Origin: a virus
Strand: one strand, 5' to 3'
IMG/VR virus record: IMGVR_UViG_3300001200_000005
Coordinates: 1-34,872 of that record
Length of the DNA stretch: 34,872 bases
Shown here: positions 13,726-23,456 of the stretch, one piece after another
Layout of the letters: each line of letters starts with the position of its first letter
Numbering within the stretch: position 1 is the stretch's first letter
Position numbers and translations under genes: made by a program
The notes under the pieces: generated by a model
The model's input: the letters and a program-made list of their open reading frames with translations, nothing else
Database searches by the model: none
What the model was told of the DNA's origin: nothing

Positions 13726-16658
13726 TGGCGCTATACCACATAGATATAATTGATACTTTAGATGATTCACATTTATTAAATGTTGAGTATGCGGAAAGAC
13801 AATCTTTAAGGCTAAAATGGGAAGGGGCTGACAAAAAAGATGAGCTGTCTATTGTGTCTAGTACATTAGAGTTTAGTATGGAGGTTTCTGAAAATGAAAA
13901 CCAAGATGCTAAGTTTATTGATTTGTTTAATGCGGGTGAGGAAAGGTTTCAGGTAAGGTTAATTACTGAAAATGGAGCTGTTGTTTGGATGGGATATTTG
14001 TTACCCGATAGTTACAATGAGCCTTATAGAAATGGTACTTTTTACGTAACTTTTTATGCGGTATGTGGTTTAAGTCTTTTAAAATCTAAATACTTACCTG
14101 AAATATATTATCAAAAAGAGCACTCGGTTTTAGATATACTAAAAGAGTTGCTAAAGCTAACGAATGCTAATTTAAATAGGCAACCGATTGAATTGTTTTT
14201 TGCGCCTGCTATTGTTAATGTATTTGAGTCTTCGTACGAAAAAATATACATTAATGGTAATAATTTTAATGATGATGGTGATAAACAAAATGCTTACGAT
14301 ATACTAAGTGACTTATTGAATAGTATGTTATGTGTTTGTTATCAGGCGGATTCAAAGTGGTATGTAGAAGGTTTAAATTGGCGATCTAGCAGGTTGGTAG
14401 AATATGTTAGGGATTTCCCTACTCCTGATCCTAGGGTTTCTAAAAATTACAAAGAGCTAACAGCTTTAGATGAGCCGCAAATTACAGTTGTGCCCTCTTA
14501 TGGAGAGGTGGTGGTTAACTACGAGGCGGAAAACGCAGAGCTGCCTGATGATTTGGTAAAAATTGAACCTCTGTGGCGTGAAGCTAATCCTTTTTTATCA
14601 AAGATACATGCAAGGCATTGGAAACTTACTGAGGTAAGTCAAAATGATTATATGTTTCATGAGTTTCCTGACTATAATTTAGTAGTAAGGCCTTTGGCGG
14701 GTCCTTTAATGAATGTGGGTTCAAGTTATAGTTTGTTTAATCCTATTTACATTAAGGGTGGTTATGTTTATGAGTTTGTTTTTGAAATTAAAATTAAAGG
14801 TGTTTTTGTTGAAGGTAATGATTTAAGTGAGTTAAAAAATGCGTTGTTTTTTAATATTACCATTGATGGGCGTTCTATTTTAGGAAATAATCCTTTCGCT
14901 ACGTTTGGAAGAGATAGGGTTTATTTTTCTGTAAAAGAGGATTACACTGCAAGTGTTACAAGAAGTGTTTTTGTGCCTAAAGATGGTCTTTTAGATATTA
15001 TTATTTTTCCTACAAACGATGATTTGTATTACCCTAATTTGTTTGTTGAGATTACTGATTTACAATTAAAATCGGTAACCGATCAAGATTTTAATATTGT
15101 TGAAGAATTAAACCCTGGAATATCTTCGCTAGATAAAAAAATTGATTTGCCTTATTGTGCTAATGCTAATGCGGTGGGTAAGGTTTTTCAGTTAGATAAA
15201 ATTTACGATAGAAATTTGTCTCCTGGCGAATTTTCGTTTGTTGATTTTGTAGTGCAACAATTGCAAATTATTAACACCTATCATGATGATGATAATTATT
15301 TCTATGTGTTGACTAATGAGGATGCGTATCTCGCTTATCATTATATCGAAAATTTATATACTGAATCTGATGCTAGAGATAGTTCTTTAGTGGCAAATGC
15401 CGCCGAGGTTCGTTTTAATTATTTGAATACGGAGGAGCATGTTTTGGTAGCGGATAAATCTATTGAGTATACTGCTTTGTATGTTAGGTTACTAAGAATA
15501 GGAGATTCGGCTATTATTCCTCGTAAAAATTGGTTACAATGGCGTGATGCTACTGCTGAAAACGAAATGTTTAGTTATGTAAAATCGGCATCATTGGTTT
15601 ATGGTCGTATGTTTTCAGGGGCTTATATAAATATTTCAGCAACTTTTGAAGGTGCGGTTCAGTTTAATGATATTATTAATTTTAAATACATACAACCATC
15701 TAACTATATGGTTACTAATGTTACATGGAATATTGATAATGGAACTTCGGACGTGGTGATGGAAGCAGCGCAATATGGTAACAGTACGGGGTTAAACCTA
15801 AGTGATACAAGGCCTTTTGTATCGGTTGGTGGGGATAAATATGTGGTCTTAGGTAGTCGTGATACATTGCGAGTTGATGCAATGGGTTTTTCGTTAGGGT
15901 CGGATATTGTAGGTTACAGATGGGAGGTATTACAGGGTGATGTAACCTTGCCTACTATTTTTTCTTCATCGGTAGTGCTTACTTTCGGTAGTGCCTTGGT
16001 AAATAAATTACGAGTTACGGTAGTTGATATTTTTGGTAACGAGTCTTTCGATGAATTTTACGTGTATTTATCTACGGTTTTACGTGGTCAGTTTTCGATA
16101 GATGTTGACAGTTTGGTTGATGAAGTTGTTGATTCGGGATTAAGCTACCGTTATGTGTTTTTTAAGCAAGTGTTTGGGCTAGTCCAAGGGCAAATGATGG
16201 GAGACACTATTGTGATGTTAAGTTTTAATTATGCTTTGTATTATAAAAGATTTGAAACACAAAACGATGATAATTTTAATGCATACAATGGCTTTGTTTC
16301 CTTGAAAGCTTATAAAAACAATGTGTTGGTTGCTGAAGTATTGATTAATCGTGATTTAGACTTAGATAAATCAAAAGATTTTGTAAGAACTTATACTGGT
16401 GGTATTAATATTTCTTACAGGCAAGGCGATGAAGTTAATGTTGTATTGGAGTCTAATGTAACTATTCCAGGTAATATTTTTGAGGGATATGTTTATTTAA
16501 ACGAGGCTATTTTTTTAAACGAAGCACAGGCTTTTGGTGCTACTAATATGTCTATAGGTGATAGGGGTCGTTTTGTTGTTCCAACGGGTATTGCGTCCTA
16601 TAGTGATTCTTTAATAGAATCATACGAATCGCGTTTTGGTAATGAATCAAATACTTAA
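13725..16658 (+). CDS. distal tail / baseplate protein (977 aa) with an Ig- or PKD-like segment
   Basis: Directly follows the tape measure gene with an overlapping stop/start. The segment ...GYRWEVLQGDVTLP...LRVTVVDIFGNES... looks PKD/Ig-like. Confidence 0.6.
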   Translation: MALYHIDIIDTLDDSHLLNVEYAERQSLRLKWEGADKKDELSIVSSTLEFSMEVSENENQDAKFIDLFNAGEERFQVRLITENGAVVWMGYLLPDSYNEPYRNGTFYVTFYAVCGLSLLKSKYLPEIYYQKEHSVLDILKELLKLTNANLNRQPIELFFAPAIVNVFESSYEKIYINGNNFNDDGDKQNAYDILSDLLNSMLCVCYQADSKWYVEGLNWRSSRLVEYVRDFPTPDPRVSKNYKELTALDEPQITVVPSYGEVVVNYEAENAELPDDLVKIEPLWREANPFLSKIHARHWKLTEVSQNDYMFHEFPDYNLVVRPLAGPLMNVGSSYSLFNPIYIKGGYVYEFVFEIKIKGVFVEGNDLSELKNALFFNITIDGRSILGNNPFATFGRDRVYFSVKEDYTASVTRSVFVPKDGLLDIIIFPTNDDLYYPNLFVEITDLQLKSVTDQDFNIVEELNPGISSLDKKIDLPYCANANAVGKVFQLDKIYDRNLSPGEFSFVDFVVQQLQIINTYHDDDNYFYVLTNEDAYLAYHYIENLYTESDARDSSLVANAAEVRFNYLNTEEHVLVADKSIEYTALYVRLLRIGDSAIIPRKNWLQWRDATAENEMFSYVKSASLVYGRMFSGAYINISATFEGAVQFNDIINFKYIQPSNYMVTNVTWNIDNGTSDVVMEAAQYGNSTGLNLSDTRPFVSVGGDKYVVLGSRDTLRVDAMGFSLGSDIVGYRWEVLQGDVTLPTIFSSSVVLTFGSALVNKLRVTVVDIFGNESFDEFYVYLSTVLRGQFSIDVDSLVDEVVDSGLSYRYVFFKQVFGLVQGQMMGDTIVMLSFNYALYYKRFETQNDDNFNAYNGFVSLKAYKNNVLVAEVLINRDLDLDKSKDFVRTYTGGINISYRQGDEVNVVLESNVTIPGNIFEGYVYLNEAIFLNEAQAFGATNMSIGDRGRFVVPTGIASYSDSLIESYESRFGNESNT

Positions 16659-16660
16659 TT

Positions 16661-17641
16661 ATGAATGCAATTCGAATAACTGAGTTAAATCCTGTTCAAA
16701 GAAGACTTGGAGACAGTGTATCTTTTTCGGTAAACGGAGTTCCTTTTACGTTTACGTTTGTTGATAAACCATTAAATGAATTGGCGGATAATGAAATTAA
16801 TTATCAGTTTAGTAATTCGGTGGGTCCTGCTATAAGGGATTATTTTGCTGTGGCTCATCAGGTTATTTTGAGGGTACATGATAATATTAGGTATCGTGAA
16901 CTATCTAATAACCGCTATGTGATAGAATCGTATAATGGCGATGTTTTTTCCGATGTTTCCACTAATACCTCAAGAATTTCTATTGAAGTTGTGGAATCTT
17001 CTTTTGATTTGGGTGAATCTTATGTGAATCCTAATGATGTTTTGATTTTTAAATCTGAAAGAGGTACAGATTTTACAGGTGGATTTAGTTTAAAAATTAA
17101 TGAGGTTGCTTTTGGGTTTGAGTTTGTAGATTCGGAAAGTTTTGATGTTAGTAGTTTTCAAATTCCATTTTCTTTTTTGTCTAGAGTGGATAAAGGTGTT
17201 TCTAGTGCTGTGCATGCGTTAATAATGAATTCTAATGTGTTAGAGTATTATGGTACTATAAGTATGGTGAGCCGAGGTTTTACTGATGGTGATCGTTTAA
17301 TATCTCCTTTTGTTGATAGGCCTTTTGAGGTTACGGATATTAAAATTTTTGGGAACCCGCCATTAAATATATACGCTGTAAAGCCTAATGGAGATATTTT
17401 AAATGCGGAAGTATTAGCAGAGCCTGTGGGGTTTTTAGGTCGTGAGCCTGGTGTTACTCCTGTTGATGATCCTGTTGTGGTTCCTGAGCAGCAAAATACT
17501 AAATACAGGATATTTGGCGGATATAGTGGTCCTTCGATAGGTGTAAATGTTAGAAGGGAAATTAGTTTTAATGATGCTTTTGTGGCTTCAAGTAATTCAA
17601 TAACTGCTAGCTCGTTAGATAGGGTGGCTGGTGAAAATTAA
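16661..17641 (+). CDS. tail-associated protein (326 aa) with internal duplication
   Basis: Lies in the tail module. It has two similar segments: SVSFSVNGVPFTFTFVDKP and GFSLKINEVAFGFEFVDSE. Confidence 0.55.
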   Translation: MNAIRITELNPVQRRLGDSVSFSVNGVPFTFTFVDKPLNELADNEINYQFSNSVGPAIRDYFAVAHQVILRVHDNIRYRELSNNRYVIESYNGDVFSDVSTNTSRISIEVVESSFDLGESYVNPNDVLIFKSERGTDFTGGFSLKINEVAFGFEFVDSESFDVSSFQIPFSFLSRVDKGVSSAVHALIMNSNVLEYYGTISMVSRGFTDGDRLISPFVDRPFEVTDIKIFGNPPLNIYAVKPNGDILNAEVLAEPVGFLGREPGVTPVDDPVVVPEQQNTKYRIFGGYSGPSIGVNVRREISFNDAFVASSNSITASSLDRVAGEN

Positions 17642-17650
17642 ATATATAAT

Positions 17651-20119
17651 ATGAGTGATTTTGGAATACAAAATATTGATAGGGGTGATAGCTCTGCTGG
17701 CTCGGGAGATAGTGCTTATGTGTTTACAGGAAAAATAAATGCTGCTTTTCAGACGTTTCAAAATTTGATTTCTGAGTTGCGACAACAAACAAATGCTGCT
17801 GCAGAAGGTAAGTTGACATTTGATTCCTTGTCAGATGCTGATGCGTATTATACAGTAAACCCTCCTATAGATAGAGATCTTCTTTTTCAAATAACACGAG
17901 GTGCAAGCCAAGGGGAATATACTCGTTTATTAAGTAATAATACAAGTCGTTTTGATCGACCTTTTATATTTTTTCCTACTATTAGGGAAGAGATTAAAAG
18001 AGAAAATCAAAGGAAAGTAGAAACGAATTTATTGTCTGTGGCTAATCAAACACAGACTGATGGTAATGTAACTTTTAATGTAAACGGTGTTTTAACTAGA
18101 TTGTCGGATGTAGATGCTAATTTTATAAGTAATGAGGATGCTTTTAGTTTTTATGGTACTCAAAAAATAATTATAGAACAGCCATTAAACTTTACTAATG
18201 GAGGAACTATTTTTATTAGATGTAAGGTAAATCAAGCCACTGGAATTCAAAGAATTTTATCAAACGGTAGGGGTTTTAATCCGACAACTGCAAATGCTTT
18301 TTTTATTGTTCCTGTGAGTAATGGAGGTAACGATGATTATTTTGCTATACAAATTGGAAACACAACAATAAGGACAGTTAATTTACCATTTAATATAAGT
18401 GGTGGTAATTATTTGGATTTAGCTTTAACTTTTAAGCCTTCCGGGGAAGTTGGTTTTAGCATTGACGGTCAAAATTACTCTGTATCAGGAAATAGCATAG
18501 GAGGAATAATTAACACCAACAGGCCATTAGTACTAGGTAATTTAGATAACAATGGAATTTACAACAGATCTTTTACTGGTAATATAAAAAAAATACGGGT
18601 ATTTGAAAGGGAGTTGAGTTCATCAGAAATTACTTCGCTTATGGTGGATTCTTTTGATATAACAAGTGCTGTAGTAAACGTTGATTTTTCTAATAGAACG
18701 GAAGATATTAGGGATGCTTTGTATTTTGAGGATGTTGATGGTAATAAAGTTTTTCGTAGATATGTGGAAAACGGTCTTTTAGTCGAAGATAAAAAAGAAT
18801 CCGATGTATGGGTAAGGCAGTTAGGTTTAGATAATGGCTTGGTTTCTAGAAATACTTTAGCGATAAGTAGTTTAAATAAGGAGAAATTATTTCAAACAAA
18901 AACATCATCTGATGGATGGGGTTCAGGCGTTACGCCTATGAATACAAATGTTTTAAATCCTACGGCTATAGATTTAGGATTGGATTTAACAAATGTAGTA
19001 GGTGAGTCATTTAACGGTATGTCTTTTGTTAGAGAGTGGCTTGTTTTAGTTCCTCAAGATTACCACTCGGTGGTTTTTTACAACACAATAACTGGAGAAC
19101 AAAAAGAAACCGATGTATCATCATATGTGCGTGCTATACCATCTACTGGTAATGATTATAGAGATAAGTTTAACGGAGCCGTATATGATGGTGAATTTAT
19201 TTGGCTTTGCCCTTCTTGGACGACTCATGTTGTAAAATTAAATGGAAATACTTTTGAAATTGATTCGGATATATTGGTTAACCCTAATAGGGATGATGCA
19301 TATAATGGGATAATAAATACTAATAAATACTTATGGTTAGTAACACATTCAACTGACGATATTGTAAGGATTAAAAAGTCTGACAACACTTTTACTAGAT
19401 TCCCTATTTCGGAAATAAATGGACATGATTATCATTTATATGGGGTGCATGGAGCGGCAGCAAGATCCTTTTTGGGTGGTTCTAATAATGGAGACGGAAC
19501 AATTAATTTGCATCCAAGAAGGTCAAACGCGTTAATAACTATAGATGAGGAAACGGGAGGTATTATAGGAAGTTACGAGCATCCATTATCTAATACTACC
19601 AATAATGCGGCTGGGTGGTTTCATGGGGCTACATTAGTTTCGGGCAAAATATTCTTTTCTCCTTTTAGCACATCTGATCTCGTAATATTTGATACTACTA
19701 CAAAATCTTTTAATACAATTGACAATGCTTTGTCGTCAGGAAGATCTATTGCTAGCACAACAGATGGCAGATTTGTTTATTTCTCTCCTTTTGAAGGGCA
19801 AAATTTATTATGTGTTGATTCTGCAACTTTAAAAGTTGAAACGATTAGTTGTGCAATACCAGATCGTGAGTCTGCGGCACTTTATTGTGATAATGGGATT
19901 ATTTGGTTTGGAACCTCTATAGGTGATAATATACACTATGCTAAAATTAGCGAAATAGATAATATTGTCTATGGTGATAGTAATGTTAAGGGGTCTGTTT
20001 TATCTAATGTTGGGGAGTATTATTTTGGTAGTGATTTACGATTTAAAAGAGTAAATCAAACCGTAGAAATACAACAGTTTGTGTCAGGTAGTTGGACTAG
20101 AATAAATACACTTGGATAA
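17651..20119 (+). CDS. tail fiber / receptor-binding protein with LamG-like (concanavalin A-like) domain
   Basis: 822 aa. ...LVLGNLDNNGIYNRSFTGNIKKIRVFERELSSSEITSL matches the C-terminal signature of Laminin_G_3-type domains. It is the last large gene of the tail module. Confidence 0.65.
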   Translation: MSDFGIQNIDRGDSSAGSGDSAYVFTGKINAAFQTFQNLISELRQQTNAAAEGKLTFDSLSDADAYYTVNPPIDRDLLFQITRGASQGEYTRLLSNNTSRFDRPFIFFPTIREEIKRENQRKVETNLLSVANQTQTDGNVTFNVNGVLTRLSDVDANFISNEDAFSFYGTQKIIIEQPLNFTNGGTIFIRCKVNQATGIQRILSNGRGFNPTTANAFFIVPVSNGGNDDYFAIQIGNTTIRTVNLPFNISGGNYLDLALTFKPSGEVGFSIDGQNYSVSGNSIGGIINTNRPLVLGNLDNNGIYNRSFTGNIKKIRVFERELSSSEITSLMVDSFDITSAVVNVDFSNRTEDIRDALYFEDVDGNKVFRRYVENGLLVEDKKESDVWVRQLGLDNGLVSRNTLAISSLNKEKLFQTKTSSDGWGSGVTPMNTNVLNPTAIDLGLDLTNVVGESFNGMSFVREWLVLVPQDYHSVVFYNTITGEQKETDVSSYVRAIPSTGNDYRDKFNGAVYDGEFIWLCPSWTTHVVKLNGNTFEIDSDILVNPNRDDAYNGIINTNKYLWLVTHSTDDIVRIKKSDNTFTRFPISEINGHDYHLYGVHGAAARSFLGGSNNGDGTINLHPRRSNALITIDEETGGIIGSYEHPLSNTTNNAAGWFHGATLVSGKIFFSPFSTSDLVIFDTTTKSFNTIDNALSSGRSIASTTDGRFVYFSPFEGQNLLCVDSATLKVETISCAIPDRESAALYCDNGIIWFGTSIGDNIHYAKISEIDNIVYGDSNVKGSVLSNVGEYYFGSDLRFKRVNQTVEIQQFVSGSWTRINTLG

Positions 20120-20172
20120 TTTGAAAAAAAGACAAATTAATTGTAATAATGAAAGATATTAAATAATAAAAA

Positions 20173-20934
20173 ATGTGGAATAGTACAGTAATAACAGAAG
20201 GTATAAAAAAAATAAGTGCGGCTCATGCGTTTTGGTTTATGATGCTTTGTGCTACATTTGGTGGATTGTATCTTTTGATTTCTCCTATTACGAGATCCGC
20301 TATTGAGTGGAGTGATTGTTTAGATGCTAAAGAAGAAGCTTTACTAACAAAACAGCAGTTAGATATTCAAGTAAAAAATCGTTTGCAGATAGAGAGGGCT
20401 TTAGATAGTGTTAAAGTTCTGAATGCAACAAAAGAAGCTGAAATTGCAGAAAAAAACCGTAAAGACATACTTACTCTTTTTATCCGAACAAAATACCAAT
20501 TACCACACGTAGAAACTTTGTCTTATTGGTCTATGCACAACGGAGGTGAAACAATGAATGTAGAATCTAGGCGGTATCTAGAAGTTTATATAAGTAGTGA
20601 TGATGAAGTTGAAAACCGATGGAGAAAACCAGAGCCAATACCTAGAGGTGTGCAATGGCTTTCGTTAGAAGCGTTAAATAAACCCTACTTTTTAATAAAA
20701 GATGTTTCTAATGCTGATGATTTGTATAAAGGAGAAACAAAAATACTATTAAATCAACGAGGTGTAAAATCGGTTTTGGTGTTATTTATAAAAAATGTAG
20801 GTACAGATTTTTATTATGTTTCAATTGATTTTAGTGTACCTAAACCTACAACTTATATACCGGATATTATATCAAAAGGAATGGAAATAAAGCGTTTTGT
20901 ACAACGTAAGAGCAATGTAAAAAAATACTTATGA
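20173..20934 (+). CDS. membrane-anchored hypothetical protein (253 aa; N-terminal TM plus coiled coil)
   Basis: Hydrophobic segment AHAFWFMMLCATFGGLYLLISPI followed by a charged helical region. It lies between the tail and lysis genes. Confidence 0.6.
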   Translation: MWNSTVITEGIKKISAAHAFWFMMLCATFGGLYLLISPITRSAIEWSDCLDAKEEALLTKQQLDIQVKNRLQIERALDSVKVLNATKEAEIAEKNRKDILTLFIRTKYQLPHVETLSYWSMHNGGETMNVESRRYLEVYISSDDEVENRWRKPEPIPRGVQWLSLEALNKPYFLIKDVSNADDLYKGETKILLNQRGVKSVLVLFIKNVGTDFYYVSIDFSVPKPTTYIPDIISKGMEIKRFVQRKSNVKKYL

Positions 20935-21170
20935 ATATAATTGTACGAAGTAAAACAGGAGGTTGTAATGTGGCTAAACATTTTATTGACAATTGGGTAA
21001 AAAATGCAGATTTACATCCAAAAGTTGAAGAAATAGGTTTTAGAGTGCATACAGGTCAACCTTGGGATGAAATAGTAGTGATTAAAGAGAATCGACCTAT
21101 TTTTCATTTGAAAAATCACGAAGCGCTAAGATTGGACAGACTACAAGAGTTTTTAATAAGTAGGTTATGA
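20931..21170 (+). CDS. hypothetical protein (79 aa)
   Basis: ORF translationally coupled to both neighbours through 4-nt overlaps. Confidence 0.55.
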   Translation: MNIIVRSKTGGCNVAKHFIDNWVKNADLHPKVEEIGFRVHTGQPWDEIVVIKENRPIFHLKNHEALRLDRLQEFLISRL

Positions 21171-21580
21171 AGTTAAGCACACAACAGCAGATTTTTACCC
21201 ATAATGCAGCTTTATTAATTTGTTACGCATACGACACGCATAATATTAGATTAACATTAGGAGAAGCGCACAGGACACAGAGCCAAATTCTACTAAACTA
21301 TTTTGGTTATGAGGTAGTAAGGGGTGGTTTTTTAGGAATAACGCTAAAAAAAAGCCGAAAGTTAAGCAAAACACTTATAAGCTTACACGCTGATAGGCTT
21401 GCGATTGATTTTAACTTCTTTGTTGATGGGAGGCTGACTTACGAATTTGACAAAATAAAGCCTTTAGGAGACTATTGGCAAAGTTTACACCCTGCAAATA
21501 GATGGGGAGGAGATTTTAATATGGATGGTGTTGCAAATGGATTTGTTGATACGCCACACTTTCAAATGAATAGGCTGTGA
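21167..21580 (+). CDS. endolysin, peptidase M15 family (zinc D-Ala-D-Ala carboxypeptidase / L-Ala-D-Glu peptidase-like)
   Basis: SLHADRLAIDF (H-x-x-x-x-x-x-D), WGGDF and DTPHFQ motifs characteristic of M15 peptidases. Confidence 0.75.
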   Translation: MKLSTQQQIFTHNAALLICYAYDTHNIRLTLGEAHRTQSQILLNYFGYEVVRGGFLGITLKKSRKLSKTLISLHADRLAIDFNFFVDGRLTYEFDKIKPLGDYWQSLHPANRWGGDFNMDGVANGFVDTPHFQMNRL

Positions 21581-21641
21581 TAAATTTTATTAAGATAGTA
21601 TGTCAATAAAATAAAATTATTTCATTCTAAAATGTCGATAA

Positions 21642-22037
21642 ATGATAAGATTCATAAAAAAAAATATAGCAGTATTTCTACTAGGGGGAATAATAGGCGG
21701 TGTAATAGCGGGGGCCTCTTTGTATGGCGTTATGAAAGTTTCGCAGAGTGTAAGAGCCAATAAATTGACCAAAACCTTTGAAAAAAGGCTAACAGCTAAA
21801 GATGTTCTACTTTCGGAATGTATAGCTAAAGATACTTATCCAACAACAAACCAATTTAACCCAACAATTGATAAAAATAAAAAAGGGAATATATTAGTGA
21901 GTCCTTGTCCTGAGATAAAACAAAGTAATACTTTTACGGCTGTACGAAGCTTTAAAGAGGGCGATACTATTGGAGATTTGACATTAATAAAAACTAACAA
22001 GTTAAATCGTAAGCAAGCTAGAAATTTAGGAAAGTGA
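21642..22037 (+). CDS. membrane protein, possible holin or spanin-like lysis component
   Basis: N-terminal TM segment (IAVFLLGGIIGGVIAGASLYGV), adjacent to the endolysin gene. Confidence 0.45.
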   Translation: MIRFIKKNIAVFLLGGIIGGVIAGASLYGVMKVSQSVRANKLTKTFEKRLTAKDVLLSECIAKDTYPTTNQFNPTIDKNKKGNILVSPCPEIKQSNTFTAVRSFKEGDTIGDLTLIKTNKLNRKQARNLGK

Positions 22038-22115
22038 ATAGTTTCTTTGGAATAAAAAAGGAGTATTTTTTTTTTAAAACTATTGAATTATTCATTATTA
22101 TTGTAATTACACAAA

Positions 22116-22162
22116 CCCTTCTAAGGAGGCGGTCGAAGGTTCGAATCCTTCAGGGCTCACCA
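22116..22162 (+). other. attP core: 3' portion of a tRNA-Arg(UCU) gene (anticodon loop through CCA)
   Basis: CC-CTTCTAA-GGAGG-CGGTC-GAAGG-TTCGAAT-CCTTC-AGGGCTC-A-CCA. This gives an anticodon loop with UCU, a 5-nt variable loop, a canonical T-arm, the 3' acceptor strand, discriminator A and CCA. No 5' half is present. It lies 98 nt upstream of the integrase gene and resembles the E. coli argU 3' end from memory. Confidence 0.75.
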
Positions 22163-22259
22163 CTTGGCCCTTATGTTATTAGTATTAATTTTTATTGTTT
22201 TACCTTTATTTTAGCCTAAAAAAGGGTAAAAAGGAGTATTATCGGAGTATTTTAATGGT

Positions 22260-23453
22260 ATGACAGTTCGTTTTTATTTAAAAAAAACACCAAAAGGAAT
22301 TTCTGTTTTAAGGATAGAAGTTAGGCAAAATGAAAAGAAGGTTTCTAGGAAAATAGCGAATCTTAATCCTGAGCATTGGAATGCGGCAGCAAAACTACCG
22401 CTTCCTGGTTGCAATGATTATGAAGGGTTGCTATCTGAAATTTTAACTATTAAACAGCAAGCTAATAAGCAACGTTTTTTAAGGATTAGTGATCCTAGAG
22501 TTGCAATGGATTTTTTGTTTGAGCCGCTTATGACTGGGCAAACTGTCGGCGCGTTGAATTTTTTTGGGTATTTTGATGGTTATATTAAAAATTTAGAACA
22601 GTTAAAAAGATACGGAAATGCTGAAATCAATTTAACAGCATACAATAAATTGATTGCTTTTCAGCCAGTATTGTATTTTGATCAAATAACACCTGTATTT
22701 TTAGAAAATTTTAAACAAAGTTGTTTAGTGTCTGGTTTGGCAAAAACTACCATTCACACTTATTTGAGAAAATATAGGGCTGTATATAACCATGCGGTTA
22801 AAATGACTGATATTGAAGATGCGCGGCCTTTTGAAAATGTTTTTAAAGATATTGGAACCAGAGCTCGTAGACAAAAAAACCGCTATTTGCTTAAGGAAGG
22901 ATTGTTGCGGCTTAAAAATGCCAAAACAAACCATCCTGCACAGCAACGGGTAATTGATTTGGCTTTATTGCAGTTTTATTTAGGTGGCATGGATTTTATT
23001 GATGTGTACCACTTAAAGCGTGCTAATTTGGTTAATAGCCGGTATTACTACCATAGGCTTAAATTAGGTGATAAAGGCTATGAGGTGGATATAAAGGTTT
23101 TTGACTGTGCTATGGATATCATTAATAAATACCAGGACCCCGAGGAAAATGAATATTTTTTCCCGTGGCGAAAACTGCATAGTAGCTATCGTAACTTTAG
23201 GAGTAACCAAATACGTAGGTTAAAGAAGATACAAGAAATTAACGAGATTGAATTACTGCCAACCAACCAACCGTTAAATACCAAGGCGTTTAGGCATACA
23301 TTTAGCACTATTGGTAAATTTGCGCATACCGACCCCGACTTGTTACGTGAGCTTATGGGGCACGAACGTGACGATATTGACACGGTGTATAAAGATAAGT
23401 TTCAGGAAAAGGAACGCGATGCCGCGCATTGGAAAATTATTGATTTAGACTAA
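22260..23453 (+). CDS. int: tyrosine recombinase / phage integrase
   Basis: 397 aa. C-terminal ...FRHTFSTIGK...LLRELMGHERDDIDTVY carries the R-H-R-Y family signature, and the gene is adjacent to the tRNA fragment. Confidence 0.9.
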   Translation: MTVRFYLKKTPKGISVLRIEVRQNEKKVSRKIANLNPEHWNAAAKLPLPGCNDYEGLLSEILTIKQQANKQRFLRISDPRVAMDFLFEPLMTGQTVGALNFFGYFDGYIKNLEQLKRYGNAEINLTAYNKLIAFQPVLYFDQITPVFLENFKQSCLVSGLAKTTIHTYLRKYRAVYNHAVKMTDIEDARPFENVFKDIGTRARRQKNRYLLKEGLLRLKNAKTNHPAQQRVIDLALLQFYLGGMDFIDVYHLKRANLVNSRYYYHRLKLGDKGYEVDIKVFDCAMDIINKYQDPEENEYFFPWRKLHSSYRNFRSNQIRRLKKIQEINEIELLPTNQPLNTKAFRHTFSTIGKFAHTDPDLLRELMGHERDDIDTVYKDKFQEKERDAAHWKIIDLD

Positions 23454-23456
23454 TTT

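Noticed and set aside
13725-20119. A diversity-generating retroelement acting on the tail fiber genes.
   Set aside because: No reverse transcriptase ORF exists anywhere in the window, and I saw no template/variable repeat pair.
21656-21664. An A9 run at the 5' end of ORF 21642..22037, with an upstream out-of-frame ATG at 21632: possible slippage or phase variation.
   Set aside because: The A-run simply encodes Lys-Lys-Asn in an AT-rich genome, and the upstream ORF is short with no supporting signal. There is no evidence for programmed slippage.
22034-22219. Track ORF of 61 aa.
   Set aside because: It runs straight through the tRNA-Arg fragment and attP core, and its peptide is low in complexity. 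It is almost certainly non-coding.
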